DNA from: an uncultured Pseudomonadota bacterium
GTDB lineage: Bacteria; Pseudomonadota; Alphaproteobacteria; Rs-D84
Reading direction: 5' to 3'
Assembly (NCBI GenBank): GCA_902793435.1
Contig: CADBDF010000004.1
Coordinates: 11,650-75,649 of the forward strand
Length of the DNA stretch: 64,000 bases
Part shown: positions 20,102 through 28,976 of the stretch, one piece after another
Position numbering within the stretch: the stretch's first letter is position 1
Layout of the letters: each line of letters begins with the position of its first letter
Program-made: the position numbers and the translations under genes
The notes under the pieces: generated by a model
Database searches by the model: none
Told to the model about the DNA's origin: nothing
Seen by the model: the letters and a program-made list of their open reading frames with translations, nothing else

Positions 20102-21210
20102 TTTATAATCTTTTTTACAACCGATATAAACTTATCTGCGTCCGCCAATGTGTTCCATGGACCAACAGACACACGTATTGAACCATCAATATTCATTGCA
20201 TGATGAATCCACGATGCGCACATATTACCAACACGCAAACATATACCATTTGCCCCCGCCAAAGTTCCAAAATCCAACACATGCATACCATCAATTACAA
20301 AAGACAAAACCGCCGCATCACGTGATGATAAAATTTTAATACGTTTAATTTTTTGCAATTCATCATACATATATTGAATTAATTTCAAATCAGGACGTGA
20401 TTTTTCCAATTCATCAATTGCAACTGCCAGCCCAGAAATCTGGGTCAATGGCAAAGTACCTGACTCGAATCTGTCGGGCGCATTATTCCAGATTGGAATA
20501 TTATCATCGACACGCAACACCATACCGCCACCAAATTTGTCCGGCATATATTTATCAGCATCTTTGATATATAAAACACCGATACCTGTATCCGCACCAA
20601 TTTTATGTCCTGAAAAAACCAAGAAATCACAATCCCAATCCACCACATCTATTTTTTTATGCACGATATATTGTGTTGCATCAACAATGGTTATAACATT
20701 TGGATTTTTATGCCGAGCGACGCGAATAATTTCCGCGACATCTTGGGGCATACCTAATACATTTGACATCGCAGTTATAACCAATATGTCTGTTGTGGGT
20801 ATAGAATCGATTTTAATATTAAAATCATCATCTAAATCATATACAGATAGTTGTTTAATTTTTTTATTTGTTATCGCATCTTGCCATGGCAACCGCGCCG
20901 AATGATGTTCTAAATTTGACACCGCCACAGAAAAATCAGCCATATTATAATTACGTGCAATTATATTAACGATTCTATTTAAACCATCGGTTGCGTTTGC
21001 CGTCCAAACAATCTGTGATTCGGTTGCATTTATAAAATTGGCCACCCTTTTGCGTGAAATTGCAACCATATCATCAACCGCCACCGCACGTGCGCAGACC
21101 CCCCGCCCCGCATTAGCATAGCGATTACGCAGGAAATCCGCCTGATTTTGAATTACAGATTCAGGCTTTAAAAAACTTGCCGCGGCATCAAAATATACGA
21201 TTTCGTTCAT
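20098..21210 (-). CDS. sufS: Cysteine desulfurase, SufS-type
   Basis: YFDAAA, EHHS, VDATQ, FSGHK (PLP Lys), FESGT, RVGNMCA. Confidence 0.88.
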   Translation of the reverse strand: MNEIVYFDAAASFLKPESVIQNQADFLRNRYANAGRGVCARAVAVDDMVAISRKRVANFINATESQIVWTANATDGLNRIVNIIARNYNMADFSVAVSNLEHHSARLPWQDAITNKKIKQLSVYDLDDDFNIKIDSIPTTDILVITAMSNVLGMPQDVAEIIRVARHKNPNVITIVDATQYIVHKKIDVVDWDCDFLVFSGHKIGADTGIGVLYIKDADKYMPDKFGGGMVLRVDDNIPIWNNAPDRFESGTLPLTQISGLAVAIDELEKSRPDLKLIQYMYDELQKIKRIKILSSRDAAVLSFVIDGMHVLDFGTLAGANGICLRVGNMCASWIHHAMNIDGSIRVSVGPWNTLADADKFISVVKKIIK

Positions 21211-21283
21211 ATACAAAAATCCTTGCATTTCACAAAGATTATAATACACTCAAACCAAATATCAACAACCCAAGGAGAAAAAA

Positions 21284-21601
21284 ATGGCTTTACAACATGC
21301 AACAGACGAGAATTTTCAAAACACAATTCAAAATGGATTAACATTGGTGGATTTCTGGGCAACATGGTGTGGTCCATGCCGTATGTTTGGTCCAATTTTT
21401 GAATCTGTATCCGAAAAGGTTCCTGGTGTCAATTTCGTTAAATTCGAGGTTGATGAAACAAATCGCGCAACCCCAACAAAATTTGGTATCCGCAGCATTC
21501 CCAGTGTCCTGGCATTCCGCGATGGCAATTTGATTGAGGCCCGCACAGGTTTAATGGACGAAGAAACCGTTATCGCATGGATTAAAGAATTACAATCCTA
21601 A
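21284..21601 (+). CDS. trxA: Thioredoxin
   Basis: DFWATWCGPC, IRSIP. Confidence 0.96.
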   Translation: MALQHATDENFQNTIQNGLTLVDFWATWCGPCRMFGPIFESVSEKVPGVNFVKFEVDETNRATPTKFGIRSIPSVLAFRDGNLIEARTGLMDEETVIAWIKELQS

Positions 21602-21628
21602 GGAAAAACAAAACCAAAAGGTAAAAAA

Positions 21629-22057
21629 ATGGCAAAACAAGATTACAAAACACTGGAATTACCTGCAAAATACGTTCCAAAGAAAAGCGAAGAATACATG
21701 TGCTTGGAACAACGCGCGTATTTCTATCAAATTTTGATGGCACAAAAACAAGAAATAACCGATGGCAATTCGGGTGTTTTGAACACCGTTCGTGGTGCTG
21801 ATTCAAATGATAACGGTGGCGGTGGCGACGATGCAGACAACGCATCACAAGAACAGGCATTAACAATGAATCTGCGCATGACCGAACGCGACAACAATTT
21901 ATTAAAGAAAATAGATGCAGCATTGGAAAGATTGGAAAACGGAACATTTGGATTCAGTGTTATATCCGGCGAAGAAATTGGTATTTCGCGTATGTTGGCA
22001 CGTCCATTGGCAACAATGACTGTCGAAGAACAGGAAGAATACGAATCCAGAAAATAA
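21629..22057 (+). CDS. dksA: RNA polymerase-binding factor DksA
   Basis: EEYM...Q..YF, DDADNA coiled-coil tip, KIDAALERL..GTFG, R.LARP.AT. Confidence 0.9.
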   Translation: MAKQDYKTLELPAKYVPKKSEEYMCLEQRAYFYQILMAQKQEITDGNSGVLNTVRGADSNDNGGGGDDADNASQEQALTMNLRMTERDNNLLKKIDAALERLENGTFGFSVISGEEIGISRMLARPLATMTVEEQEEYESRK

Positions 22058-22083
22058 ACAATCGTTATGTGATATCAAACAAT

Positions 22084-22111
22084 CGGGTTATATTTTATAA
22101 CCCGTTTTTTT
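22084..22111 (+). terminator. Intrinsic terminator
   Basis: cgggttat-atttt-ataacccg-T7 after dksA. Confidence 0.75.
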
Positions 22112-22148
22112 ATAAAAAAAGAAACAGAAACACCCAAGGAATGTGAAT

Positions 22149-22481
22149 TTATTCAATCCACATATCAACCAGAGTGGCGCTAGAGCCAGTGCCTGATTTT
22201 ACCTTGGATGTTCTGTTTGCATCTGTCCAACCAATAGTCGCCACCTCTTTATTAGAAGAGGTTTGAACTGCGGTTGTTTGGGGATTTTGAGACAGAGTTA
22301 CAGAGGAATTAGTACCAGTATTTTTAATGACGACATTACCTGACTCGCGCTTAATCGTACTATCGACATAAGACGTAGAAGCCAGCTGCGTATCCGTAGC
22401 AGCCATGGCAGAATTACCACAAACCACGCAAAAAACGCAAGAAAACAACAAAAATTTGGATATTGTTGCTCTCAGTCTCAT
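22149..22481 (-). CDS. Small secreted Ser/Thr-rich hypothetical protein
   Basis: Signal peptide (SAMA-A); LASTSYVD and VATIGWTD motifs; GGGG RBS. Confidence 0.65.
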   Translation of the reverse strand: MRLRATISKFLLFSCVFCVVCGNSAMAATDTQLASTSYVDSTIKRESGNVVIKNTGTNSSVTLSQNPQTTAVQTSSNKEVATIGWTDANRTSKVKSGTGSSATLVDMWIE

Positions 22482-22546
22482 TATTACTTTTTCCCCTTAA
22501 TCACAAGGGTAGTAAAAATAATAAAACTGACGCAAGCACAAAAATA

Positions 22547-22780
22547 TTATTTTTGCTTTTTATTACTGACTTTTTTATAAGTCTTTGTTTTTGCGGTCGT
22601 TTTTTTTACATGCGATTTTTCATTTTTATCATCTTTTTTGGCAGAATCCCTCATTTCGCGTTTAAACACATTTACGCCATCTGCCAGATTTTTCATCATA
22701 CCTGGTATAGATTTATGACCAAACAAAATGACCAGCAAAACAACAATAACCAGTATTTCCATCCAACCTAATCTTCCCAT
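22547..22780 (-). CDS. tatA: Twin-arginine translocase TatA
   Basis: GWMEILVI...LFG..IP.....A.G...FK. Confidence 0.92.
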   Translation of the reverse strand: MGRLGWMEILVIVVLLVILFGHKSIPGMMKNLADGVNVFKREMRDSAKKDDKNEKSHVKKTTAKTKTYKKVSNKKQK

Positions 22781-22795
22781 ATTTGCCTCCTTTTG

Positions 22796-23593
22796 TTATT
22801 TGGCCACATAACAATCCAATCCATCAGATTTTGCATTACGGCAAAAACCATTTGCATCACTGCTGTTATTAAACGCGACACGCAAACGATATGTTGTCCG
22901 TCCATCTTTCAACACCGATGCCAAAACAACGAACTGTTTGCCTGCAAACAAACTGCTGTGCGCCGCGCGAATTTTTTTGCCCGCCGCATTTGCCGCATCA
23001 CGCGTAGCATAAGAACCAAATTGCACATACCACGCCGCCCCAGATTTTGCGACTGTTTTTTGAGCCGCCGGCTTATTCACTGACTTTGGTGCAGGTTTGG
23101 CCACTGGTTTTTGTTGAACAACAGGTTTTGGCGCAGGTGCCGCATCAACCTTGTTTGGATTAAATACAACCTCGCGTCTATCTTGCACAACGCGCACATC
23201 TGGTTCTGGATTGACCGCAACCTGTTGGGGTTGGGGTTGTGACTGAACCTGAACAGGTGGCATTGGCATAGGTTTTGGTTCCACACGCACATTATCAGGC
23301 ACCTGTAAAGGTTGCTGATTTGCGTCCATCACCGGGGCCGATGGCATTGGCATATCGCCACCATCAACGACAACCTCTGGTTCGGCATCTAAATCAATTT
23401 CTACGGACGAAGACGGCGTGCCAGACACAGTCCGCACAATAATATATGTTGCCAGCGCAATAACAACCAACCCTATTCCCAATAACAACCAAGGTTTCCG
23501 GGGACGTGGGCTAACAAACGCGGCCTCTGGCAAAGAATCAGATGCGTCTGCATCTAAATCCAATAAATCTAAATTTGTATTATCTTCGTTCAT
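22796..23593 (-). CDS. SPOR-domain membrane protein (FtsN/DedD-like)
   Basis: TM, Pro/Gln-rich linker, WYVQFGSY...YRLRV...FC...DCYV. Confidence 0.88.
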   Translation of the reverse strand: MNEDNTNLDLLDLDADASDSLPEAAFVSPRPRKPWLLLGIGLVVIALATYIIVRTVSGTPSSSVEIDLDAEPEVVVDGGDMPMPSAPVMDANQQPLQVPDNVRVEPKPMPMPPVQVQSQPQPQQVAVNPEPDVRVVQDRREVVFNPNKVDAAPAPKPVVQQKPVAKPAPKSVNKPAAQKTVAKSGAAWYVQFGSYATRDAANAAGKKIRAAHSSLFAGKQFVVLASVLKDGRTTYRLRVAFNNSSDANGFCRNAKSDGLDCYVAK

Positions 23594-23671
23594 AAAAAAC
23601 TCCCTTAGATTCTTTTATCTAAGGGATATTATATCACAAAAAACACACTAAAACAAATACAGATATCATTT

Positions 23672-23812
23672 TTATTTTGGTTGTGCTCCAAAATGTGGCG
23701 GCACAATCAATTTTTGGTTTTGTTCTACAATCGGTTCAACCTCGCAATTACAGCAACCGGCAACCGCCGCCACTGACAAAACCGCCAAACAAATCAACAA
23801 AGCTTTTTTCAT
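23672..23812 (-). CDS. Small lipoprotein, 46 aa (MKKALLICLAVLSVAAVAGCCNCEVEPIVEQNQKLIVPPHFGAQPK); not in ORF track
   Basis: AAGGA RBS; lipobox VAGC; LIVPPHF recalls the DUF3035 motif. Confidence 0.72.
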   Translation of the reverse strand: MKKALLICLAVLSVAAVAGCCNCEVEPIVEQNQKLIVPPHFGAQPK

Positions 23813-23844
23813 CTCTTTTCCTTTTAATCTTAAAACCATTTAAA

Positions 23845-23935
23845 AAAATAACGAGACAGATGCGCAGTTGTTTATGAGTGCGGTGTAGAACTGCTACATA
23901 AACGAATAAACAACAAGCAGATGCCCTTTATTTTA
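23845..23935. repeat. Structured palindromic repeat, copy 2
   Basis: agatgcgca-gttgtttat...gtgtag-aactg-ctacat...ataaacaac-aagcagatg. Confidence 0.8.
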
Positions 23936-23943
23936 ATAAATTA

Positions 23944-23968
23944 TGCCCCAATCAATCGATTGGGGCAA
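23944..23968 (-). terminator. Hairpin downstream of thrS
   Basis: tgccccaatc-aatc-gattggggca, weak U-tract. Confidence 0.6.
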
Positions 23969-23974
23969 TAACTT

Positions 23975-25708
23975 TTATGCAGGCATCTTTACCGCATCAC
24001 CCATTTGGCGAACAAAATCATTTAATGCCACAACCTCTTGGGCATCAATACCCAATTTACGCAAAGTGACCGTTTTATCATTTTGTTCTTTTTCACCAAC
24101 AACGGCAATAATCGGCGTTTTTGCCAAAGACAATTCGCGAACCTTGTAATTGACCTTTTCGTCACGCAAATCTGCACGCGCACAAACACCCGCGCCGCGC
24201 AAATCCGCAACCACAGATTCCGCATATTCACGATATTTTTCGGATACAGGCACCACAACAACCGGTTCCGGCGACAACCACAATGGCAAATTACCACCTG
24301 TTGATTCTAACAAAATACCCATAAATCTTTCAATGGAACCCAACATAGCGCGATGCAACATAATTGGACGATGCTTTTCACCATCTTCGCCGATATAAGA
24401 CAAATCGAATCTTTCTGGCAAATTCATATCCAATTGCACCGTTCCGCACTGCCAAACACGACCCATAGAATCTTTCAAATAATTATCGATTTTTGGACCA
24501 TAGAAAGCGGCATCGTTTTCTGCAATTTCATATTCAATACCATTTGCATCCAACGCATGCTTTAATGCAGCCTCGGCTTTATCCCAAACTTCGTCAGAAC
24601 CGATACGGAATTCTGACAAAGGACGTGTTGCCAACTTCATCGTGATTTTTTCAAATCCAAATTTATTGTAAATATCTTTGATAAAGCGCAATATTTTTAC
24701 AACTTCGCTTTCTAACTGTTCTTCCGTACAGAAAATATGCGCATCATCTTGGGTAAATTCACGCACACGCATCAACCCAGACAAAGCACCTGCGGCCTCG
24801 TAACGATTAACCTTGCCGAATTCAGCAAAATATAATGGTAAATCTTTATACGAACGAATACCTTGACCGAACACCAACATACAACCCGGACAAGACATAG
24901 GTTTCACACAGAACACTTTACCATCTTGGGTTGTTCCTGAATAATTATGCGCACCATATTTTGCCCAGTGACCAGATTTTTCCCACAAACATCTGTCCAT
25001 CACAGACGGCGTAGAAATTTCCATATAGCCGGCCAATTCCTGACGATGACGAATATAATCAATCAAATGACGATAAATCTTATATCCCTTGTCATGCCAA
25101 AATACTGCACCTGGTGCATATTCTGGTTCAAAATGGAACAAATCCATATCACGACCTAACTTACGATTATCGCGTTTTGCGGCCTCTTCCTGCATTTTCA
25201 AGAATTCGTCTAATTCTTCTTTGCTGGCAAATGCATCAACATAGATTCTTTGCAACATTTTATTTTTAGAATCGCCCTTCCAATATGCACCTGCAACGGA
25301 ACGAATTTTGAAAGCATCGCGTGGTAAATCTTTGGAACTTTCCACATGTGGGCCGCGACACAAATCCGTAAAATCACGAAAAGAATACACAGACAATTTT
25401 TCGCCATTGGCATCGTATTCATTTAACCATTCCATTTTATATGGTTGATCATGGAATAATTCTTTGGCTTCATCCAAACTAACAATTCTTTGTTCGAAAC
25501 GACCATTTGATTTAATCAAATCGCGCATTTCTTTTTCAATTTTTTCAAAATCATCTTCACTGAATCTGTAATCGGTATCAAAATCATAATAAAATCCGTT
25601 TTCAATAGCCGGACCACCCGCAAATTTAATATCTGGGTGTAATTTTTTAACCGCAGCCGCCATAACATGTGCCAACGAATGACGAATCAATTCAATAGGA
25701 TAAGACAT
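23975..25708 (-). CDS. thrS: Threonine-tRNA ligase (short form lacking the TGS domain)
   Basis: RHSLAH, DLCRGPHV, GAYWKG, KPMSCPG, RVREFTQDDAH, HRAMLGSIERF. Confidence 0.97.
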   Translation of the reverse strand: MSYPIELIRHSLAHVMAAAVKKLHPDIKFAGGPAIENGFYYDFDTDYRFSEDDFEKIEKEMRDLIKSNGRFEQRIVSLDEAKELFHDQPYKMEWLNEYDANGEKLSVYSFRDFTDLCRGPHVESSKDLPRDAFKIRSVAGAYWKGDSKNKMLQRIYVDAFASKEELDEFLKMQEEAAKRDNRKLGRDMDLFHFEPEYAPGAVFWHDKGYKIYRHLIDYIRHRQELAGYMEISTPSVMDRCLWEKSGHWAKYGAHNYSGTTQDGKVFCVKPMSCPGCMLVFGQGIRSYKDLPLYFAEFGKVNRYEAAGALSGLMRVREFTQDDAHIFCTEEQLESEVVKILRFIKDIYNKFGFEKITMKLATRPLSEFRIGSDEVWDKAEAALKHALDANGIEYEIAENDAAFYGPKIDNYLKDSMGRVWQCGTVQLDMNLPERFDLSYIGEDGEKHRPIMLHRAMLGSIERFMGILLESTGGNLPLWLSPEPVVVVPVSEKYREYAESVVADLRGAGVCARADLRDEKVNYKVRELSLAKTPIIAVVGEKEQNDKTVTLRKLGIDAQEVVALNDFVRQMGDAVKMPA

Positions 25709-25763
25709 ATTAACTACCTCTAACTTTATTTATATTTGTTTAATTTTTTTGAAACTGTTTTTG

Positions 25764-25792
25764 ATTATAATACGCACCATTTTTTAGTGCAA
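25764..25792 (-). promoter_or_regulatory. Sigma70 promoter P2 of thrS
   Basis: TTGCAC-17 bp-TATAAT on minus strand. Confidence 0.65.
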
Positions 25793-25801
25793 GCAGAACC
25801 C

Positions 25802-25861
25802 TTAGACCCCCGCGGGGGTTGTGCAAGTCAAAGTAGTAAAGAATATTTTTTTCAACAACAT
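25802..25861 (-). CDS. Thr-rich leader peptide MLLKKIFFTTLTCTTPAGV upstream of thrS
   Basis: 5 Thr codons within 7 codons; ATG 6 nt after a -10 box; followed by GC-rich alternative hairpins. Confidence 0.75.
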   Translation of the reverse strand: MLLKKIFFTTLTCTTPAGV

Positions 25862-25867
25862 ACCACT

Positions 25868-25896
25868 ATTTTAAGACTTTACATATTAAAAGTCAA
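25868..25896 (-). promoter_or_regulatory. Sigma70 promoter P1 of thrS leader
   Basis: TTGACT-17 bp-TAAAAT. Confidence 0.75.
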
Positions 25897-25907
25897 TACC
25901 ATGATAT

Positions 25908-25937
25908 AAAAAAAAGCGGGAAAACCGCTTTTTTTTT
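25908..25937. terminator. Intrinsic terminator
   Basis: A8-gcgg-gaaaa-ccgc-T9 after the hemolysin III family gene. Confidence 0.75.
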
Positions 25938-26715
25938 ATATTAAACACGCAACTGTTGGGAAATCGATGATACTACCAAACAACACAGCAAAAAAGAAAC
26001 ACACCGACCCACCAATAACAAACAAATGCCACAACGCATGAGAAAACCGCATACGGCGCCACAGATAAAATATTACACCAATCGAATAAGACAAACCACC
26101 CGCCAACACAAACCACATTCCACGATGAGATATTGTTTGAATCATGGCTGGTAAAATCCAAAGCAATGCCCAACCCATAATCAAATATAACACAACAACC
26201 CATTTTGGTTGCTGTTTGGGATTTTTAAATTTCATTATTGCGCCAAAAATAACAATCGCCCACAACACACCAAACATAGACCACCCCAGTCCCATATGAT
26301 GACATCTATTTAAATTCACCAATAAAAACGGTGTATATGTTCCGGCGATTAAGGCATAAATAGCGATACTGTCCCATACCTCGAAAAAGCACTCACTCTT
26401 TTCGCCAATCATCGCATGACACATTGTTGAACCAAAATATAAAAAGAACATTGTTGCACCAAATATAGAACAAGAAACAACCGCCCATACATTATGATAC
26501 AACACCGCATAGGCAACCAACATCGCCAGTCCCGCAATTGCAAGACCAATACCAATTCCATGCGTTAAAATATTCAATACCGATTCACTATGCGTCACCG
26601 GTCTTTCCCAACGGAACAAACCAGTCGCACGCAATACACGCAACAAAGTTGATGCATGTGAATCTTTTTTTACTGCGCGCAATTTTGCTTTTATTTCTCT
26701 CTTTGATTTTGTCAT
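25936..26715 (-). CDS. PAQR/hemolysin III family membrane protein (TrhA/YqfA-like)
   Basis: E...N.LTHG.G, S...H, D..AIY.LIAGTYTP, HALWHLFV. Confidence 0.92.
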   Translation of the reverse strand: MTKSKREIKAKLRAVKKDSHASTLLRVLRATGLFRWERPVTHSESVLNILTHGIGIGLAIAGLAMLVAYAVLYHNVWAVVSCSIFGATMFFLYFGSTMCHAMIGEKSECFFEVWDSIAIYALIAGTYTPFLLVNLNRCHHMGLGWSMFGVLWAIVIFGAIMKFKNPKQQPKWVVVLYLIMGWALLWILPAMIQTISHRGMWFVLAGGLSYSIGVIFYLWRRMRFSHALWHLFVIGGSVCFFFAVLFGSIIDFPTVACLI

Positions 26716-26716
26716 A

Positions 26717-28294
26717 TTATTTTAATGCCCCCTGCACTCTTTCCTTTACACGATTTTCACCCATCACTTGCATCACAGAATATAAATCAGGTGTATTTGT
26801 TCGACCAGTTAATGCAACACGCAAATTCATTGCGACATCACCATTTTTAATTCCTAATTTTGTTGCAATAGCGACAATTTTATTCCACCAAGTGTCTTTA
26901 TCATCAGCAATATTAAATGTGGATAAAAATTCATTTAACGCATCTTTGTTAAATTCAAATTCACGATTCGCATTAAACAAATTATCCCAAAAATATTCAA
27001 CCTCAGCCAAAGTTTGTTGCCATGTAATAAAATCTTTACGAATACGTTTTGGATTATCGCGTTCAATAGACAAAACATTACGTAAATATTGCACATCGGC
27101 AACCTGGTCTTTACGCACAGAATCTGCATAATTTTGCGCCCAGTCAATAATACTTTTAACCAATGTATCCACAGGCATTTGTGCAATATTTTCTTTGGCC
27201 CACCACTCTAATTTTTTCATATCAAATAATGCACCGGACATTGGTATCTTTTTTGGACGAAACTCATAATCCCAAATAGATTTAACCGCACCTTTTAATT
27301 TAGATTCTTCATAACCCGATGCAATAATATTAAACAAATATTCCAACACCGCATTGGTCGGCCACCCCGCCGCCAACAAATTTGCAACATTGGATTCTGG
27401 GTCATGTCGCTTTGATAATTTACGTTGTTTTCCTGTATCTGCATCAATTGTATCCAATGTCGATGTATGGATATAAAGTGGCGGCGTCCAACCCATCATA
27501 CGAAACAACTGATAATGCAATGGCAAAGACGACAACCATTCTGCCCCACGCACAACATGTGTTGTCCGCATAAAATGATCATCACACAAATGTGCAAAAT
27601 GGTATGTTGGCAAACCATCATTTGATTTTATCAAAACCAAATCTTCATTATTTTCCGGAAAAGAAATTGAACCGCGCACCGCATCTTTACAAAAAATACG
27701 TTGTGCCGGATTACCTGTTGAATACAAACGAATCGATGGAACCTCACCTTTATCCAAATGCGCAATAATATCTTCGTCTGTTAAATCGCGGTCGCGTGCA
27801 AATTCACCATATATCCCGGTTGGGAAACCCGCCGCGGTTTGACGATTACGTATTTCTTCCATTTCGTCCGCAGTTAAAAAGCAAGGGTATGCCAATCCCC
27901 GTGCCAACAAATCCGCCGCAACTGAATGATAAATATCGCGACGTCTGGATTGATAATACGGGCCATACTTTTCATCGTTATTATAAGAGAGCCCAAATTT
28001 ACTTAATGAATCTATAATAATTTTTACAGCATCGGCAACTTCGCGTTTAGTATCCGTATCTTCAATACGCAACATAAACACACCACCCGATTGTTGTGCT
28101 AATTTTGAGTTTATCAAAACCTGATACAAACCACCAATATGCATAAATCCAGTTGGACTGGGTGCGAATCGGGTGACAAAAGCCCCCTCTGGCAAATTAC
28201 GTTCCGGGAATTTTTCCTCTAATTCCTGCAAAGTATATTTTGGTTTTCCACCCAAAACTCGTTCTATCAAATCAGGTTTTAATCCATTACGCAT
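26717..28294 (-). CDS. gltX: Glutamate-tRNA ligase
   Basis: TRFAPSPTGFMHIGG, RIEDTD, PTYHFA...DDH, KLSKR. Confidence 0.95.
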   Translation of the reverse strand: MRNGLKPDLIERVLGGKPKYTLQELEEKFPERNLPEGAFVTRFAPSPTGFMHIGGLYQVLINSKLAQQSGGVFMLRIEDTDTKREVADAVKIIIDSLSKFGLSYNNDEKYGPYYQSRRRDIYHSVAADLLARGLAYPCFLTADEMEEIRNRQTAAGFPTGIYGEFARDRDLTDEDIIAHLDKGEVPSIRLYSTGNPAQRIFCKDAVRGSISFPENNEDLVLIKSNDGLPTYHFAHLCDDHFMRTTHVVRGAEWLSSLPLHYQLFRMMGWTPPLYIHTSTLDTIDADTGKQRKLSKRHDPESNVANLLAAGWPTNAVLEYLFNIIASGYEESKLKGAVKSIWDYEFRPKKIPMSGALFDMKKLEWWAKENIAQMPVDTLVKSIIDWAQNYADSVRKDQVADVQYLRNVLSIERDNPKRIRKDFITWQQTLAEVEYFWDNLFNANREFEFNKDALNEFLSTFNIADDKDTWWNKIVAIATKLGIKNGDVAMNLRVALTGRTNTPDLYSVMQVMGENRVKERVQGALK

Positions 28295-28340
28295 TTTCGT
28301 TTCCCTTGTGTTTATAACTTTATGATTCTATACTAATTAT

Positions 28341-28976
28341 ATGGAAAAACAAGAAATAAGAACATTTGGTCGTCGTCATGGCAAAAAATTATCGCCACGA
28401 AAACAGTTATTATTGGAAACTGTTTTACCGGCTTTTTTGCCAAAAAACATCAAAAACACCGGGAATTTAATTTTGGAAATTGGTTTTGGCAATGGCGAAC
28501 ATGTTCGCGATTTGGCGATTCGCAATCCTGAATCTATTATTATTGGTGCCGAACCATTTATGAACGGGGTTGCGGCATTATTATCGGCAATAACAAACGA
28601 ATCGACCAATCAAGTTATGGACGAATATAAAAACATAAGAATTTGGCCTGACGATGTTCGCAAAATGTTTAATGAATTGGACGCAAAATTTAATGAAATA
28701 TGGGTATTACACCCTGACCCATGGCCCAAGGCCCGACACGAAAAACGCAGATTATTAAACGCTGATTTTTTGTCTGTATTGGGAACCAGACTAACAAAAA
28801 ACGGTCAAATTATTATTGGCACAGACCATTGGGAATATTTCGATTGGATTGTTGAACAAAGTAAAAAAACGGCGCTTAACGCATCGTTTCCGGCACAATC
28901 TTTAATTCATACACGATATGCAGAAAAAAACATGGCCGGAACAACCGAACCAAAATATTTGATTTTATCCAATTAA
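28341..28976 (+). CDS. trmB: tRNA (guanine-N7)-methyltransferase
   Basis: LEIGFGNGE, PDPWPKARHEKRR, TDH..Y, TRYAEK. Confidence 0.95.
   Translation: MEKQEIRTFGRRHGKKLSPRKQLLLETVLPAFLPKNIKNTGNLILEIGFGNGEHVRDLAIRNPESIIIGAEPFMNGVAALLSAITNESTNQVMDEYKNIRIWPDDVRKMFNELDAKFNEIWVLHPDPWPKARHEKRRLLNADFLSVLGTRLTKNGQIIIGTDHWEYFDWIVEQSKKTALNASFPAQSLIHTRYAEKNMAGTTEPKYLILSN

Noticed and set aside
25709-25900. T-box riboswitch upstream of thrS
   Set aside because: No GGTGGNACCGCG T-box sequence or specifier stem seen; a leader peptide explains the region better
25936-26715. Hemolysin III as a virulence toxin
   Set aside because: PAQR-family membrane homeostasis protein that is widespread in non-pathogens
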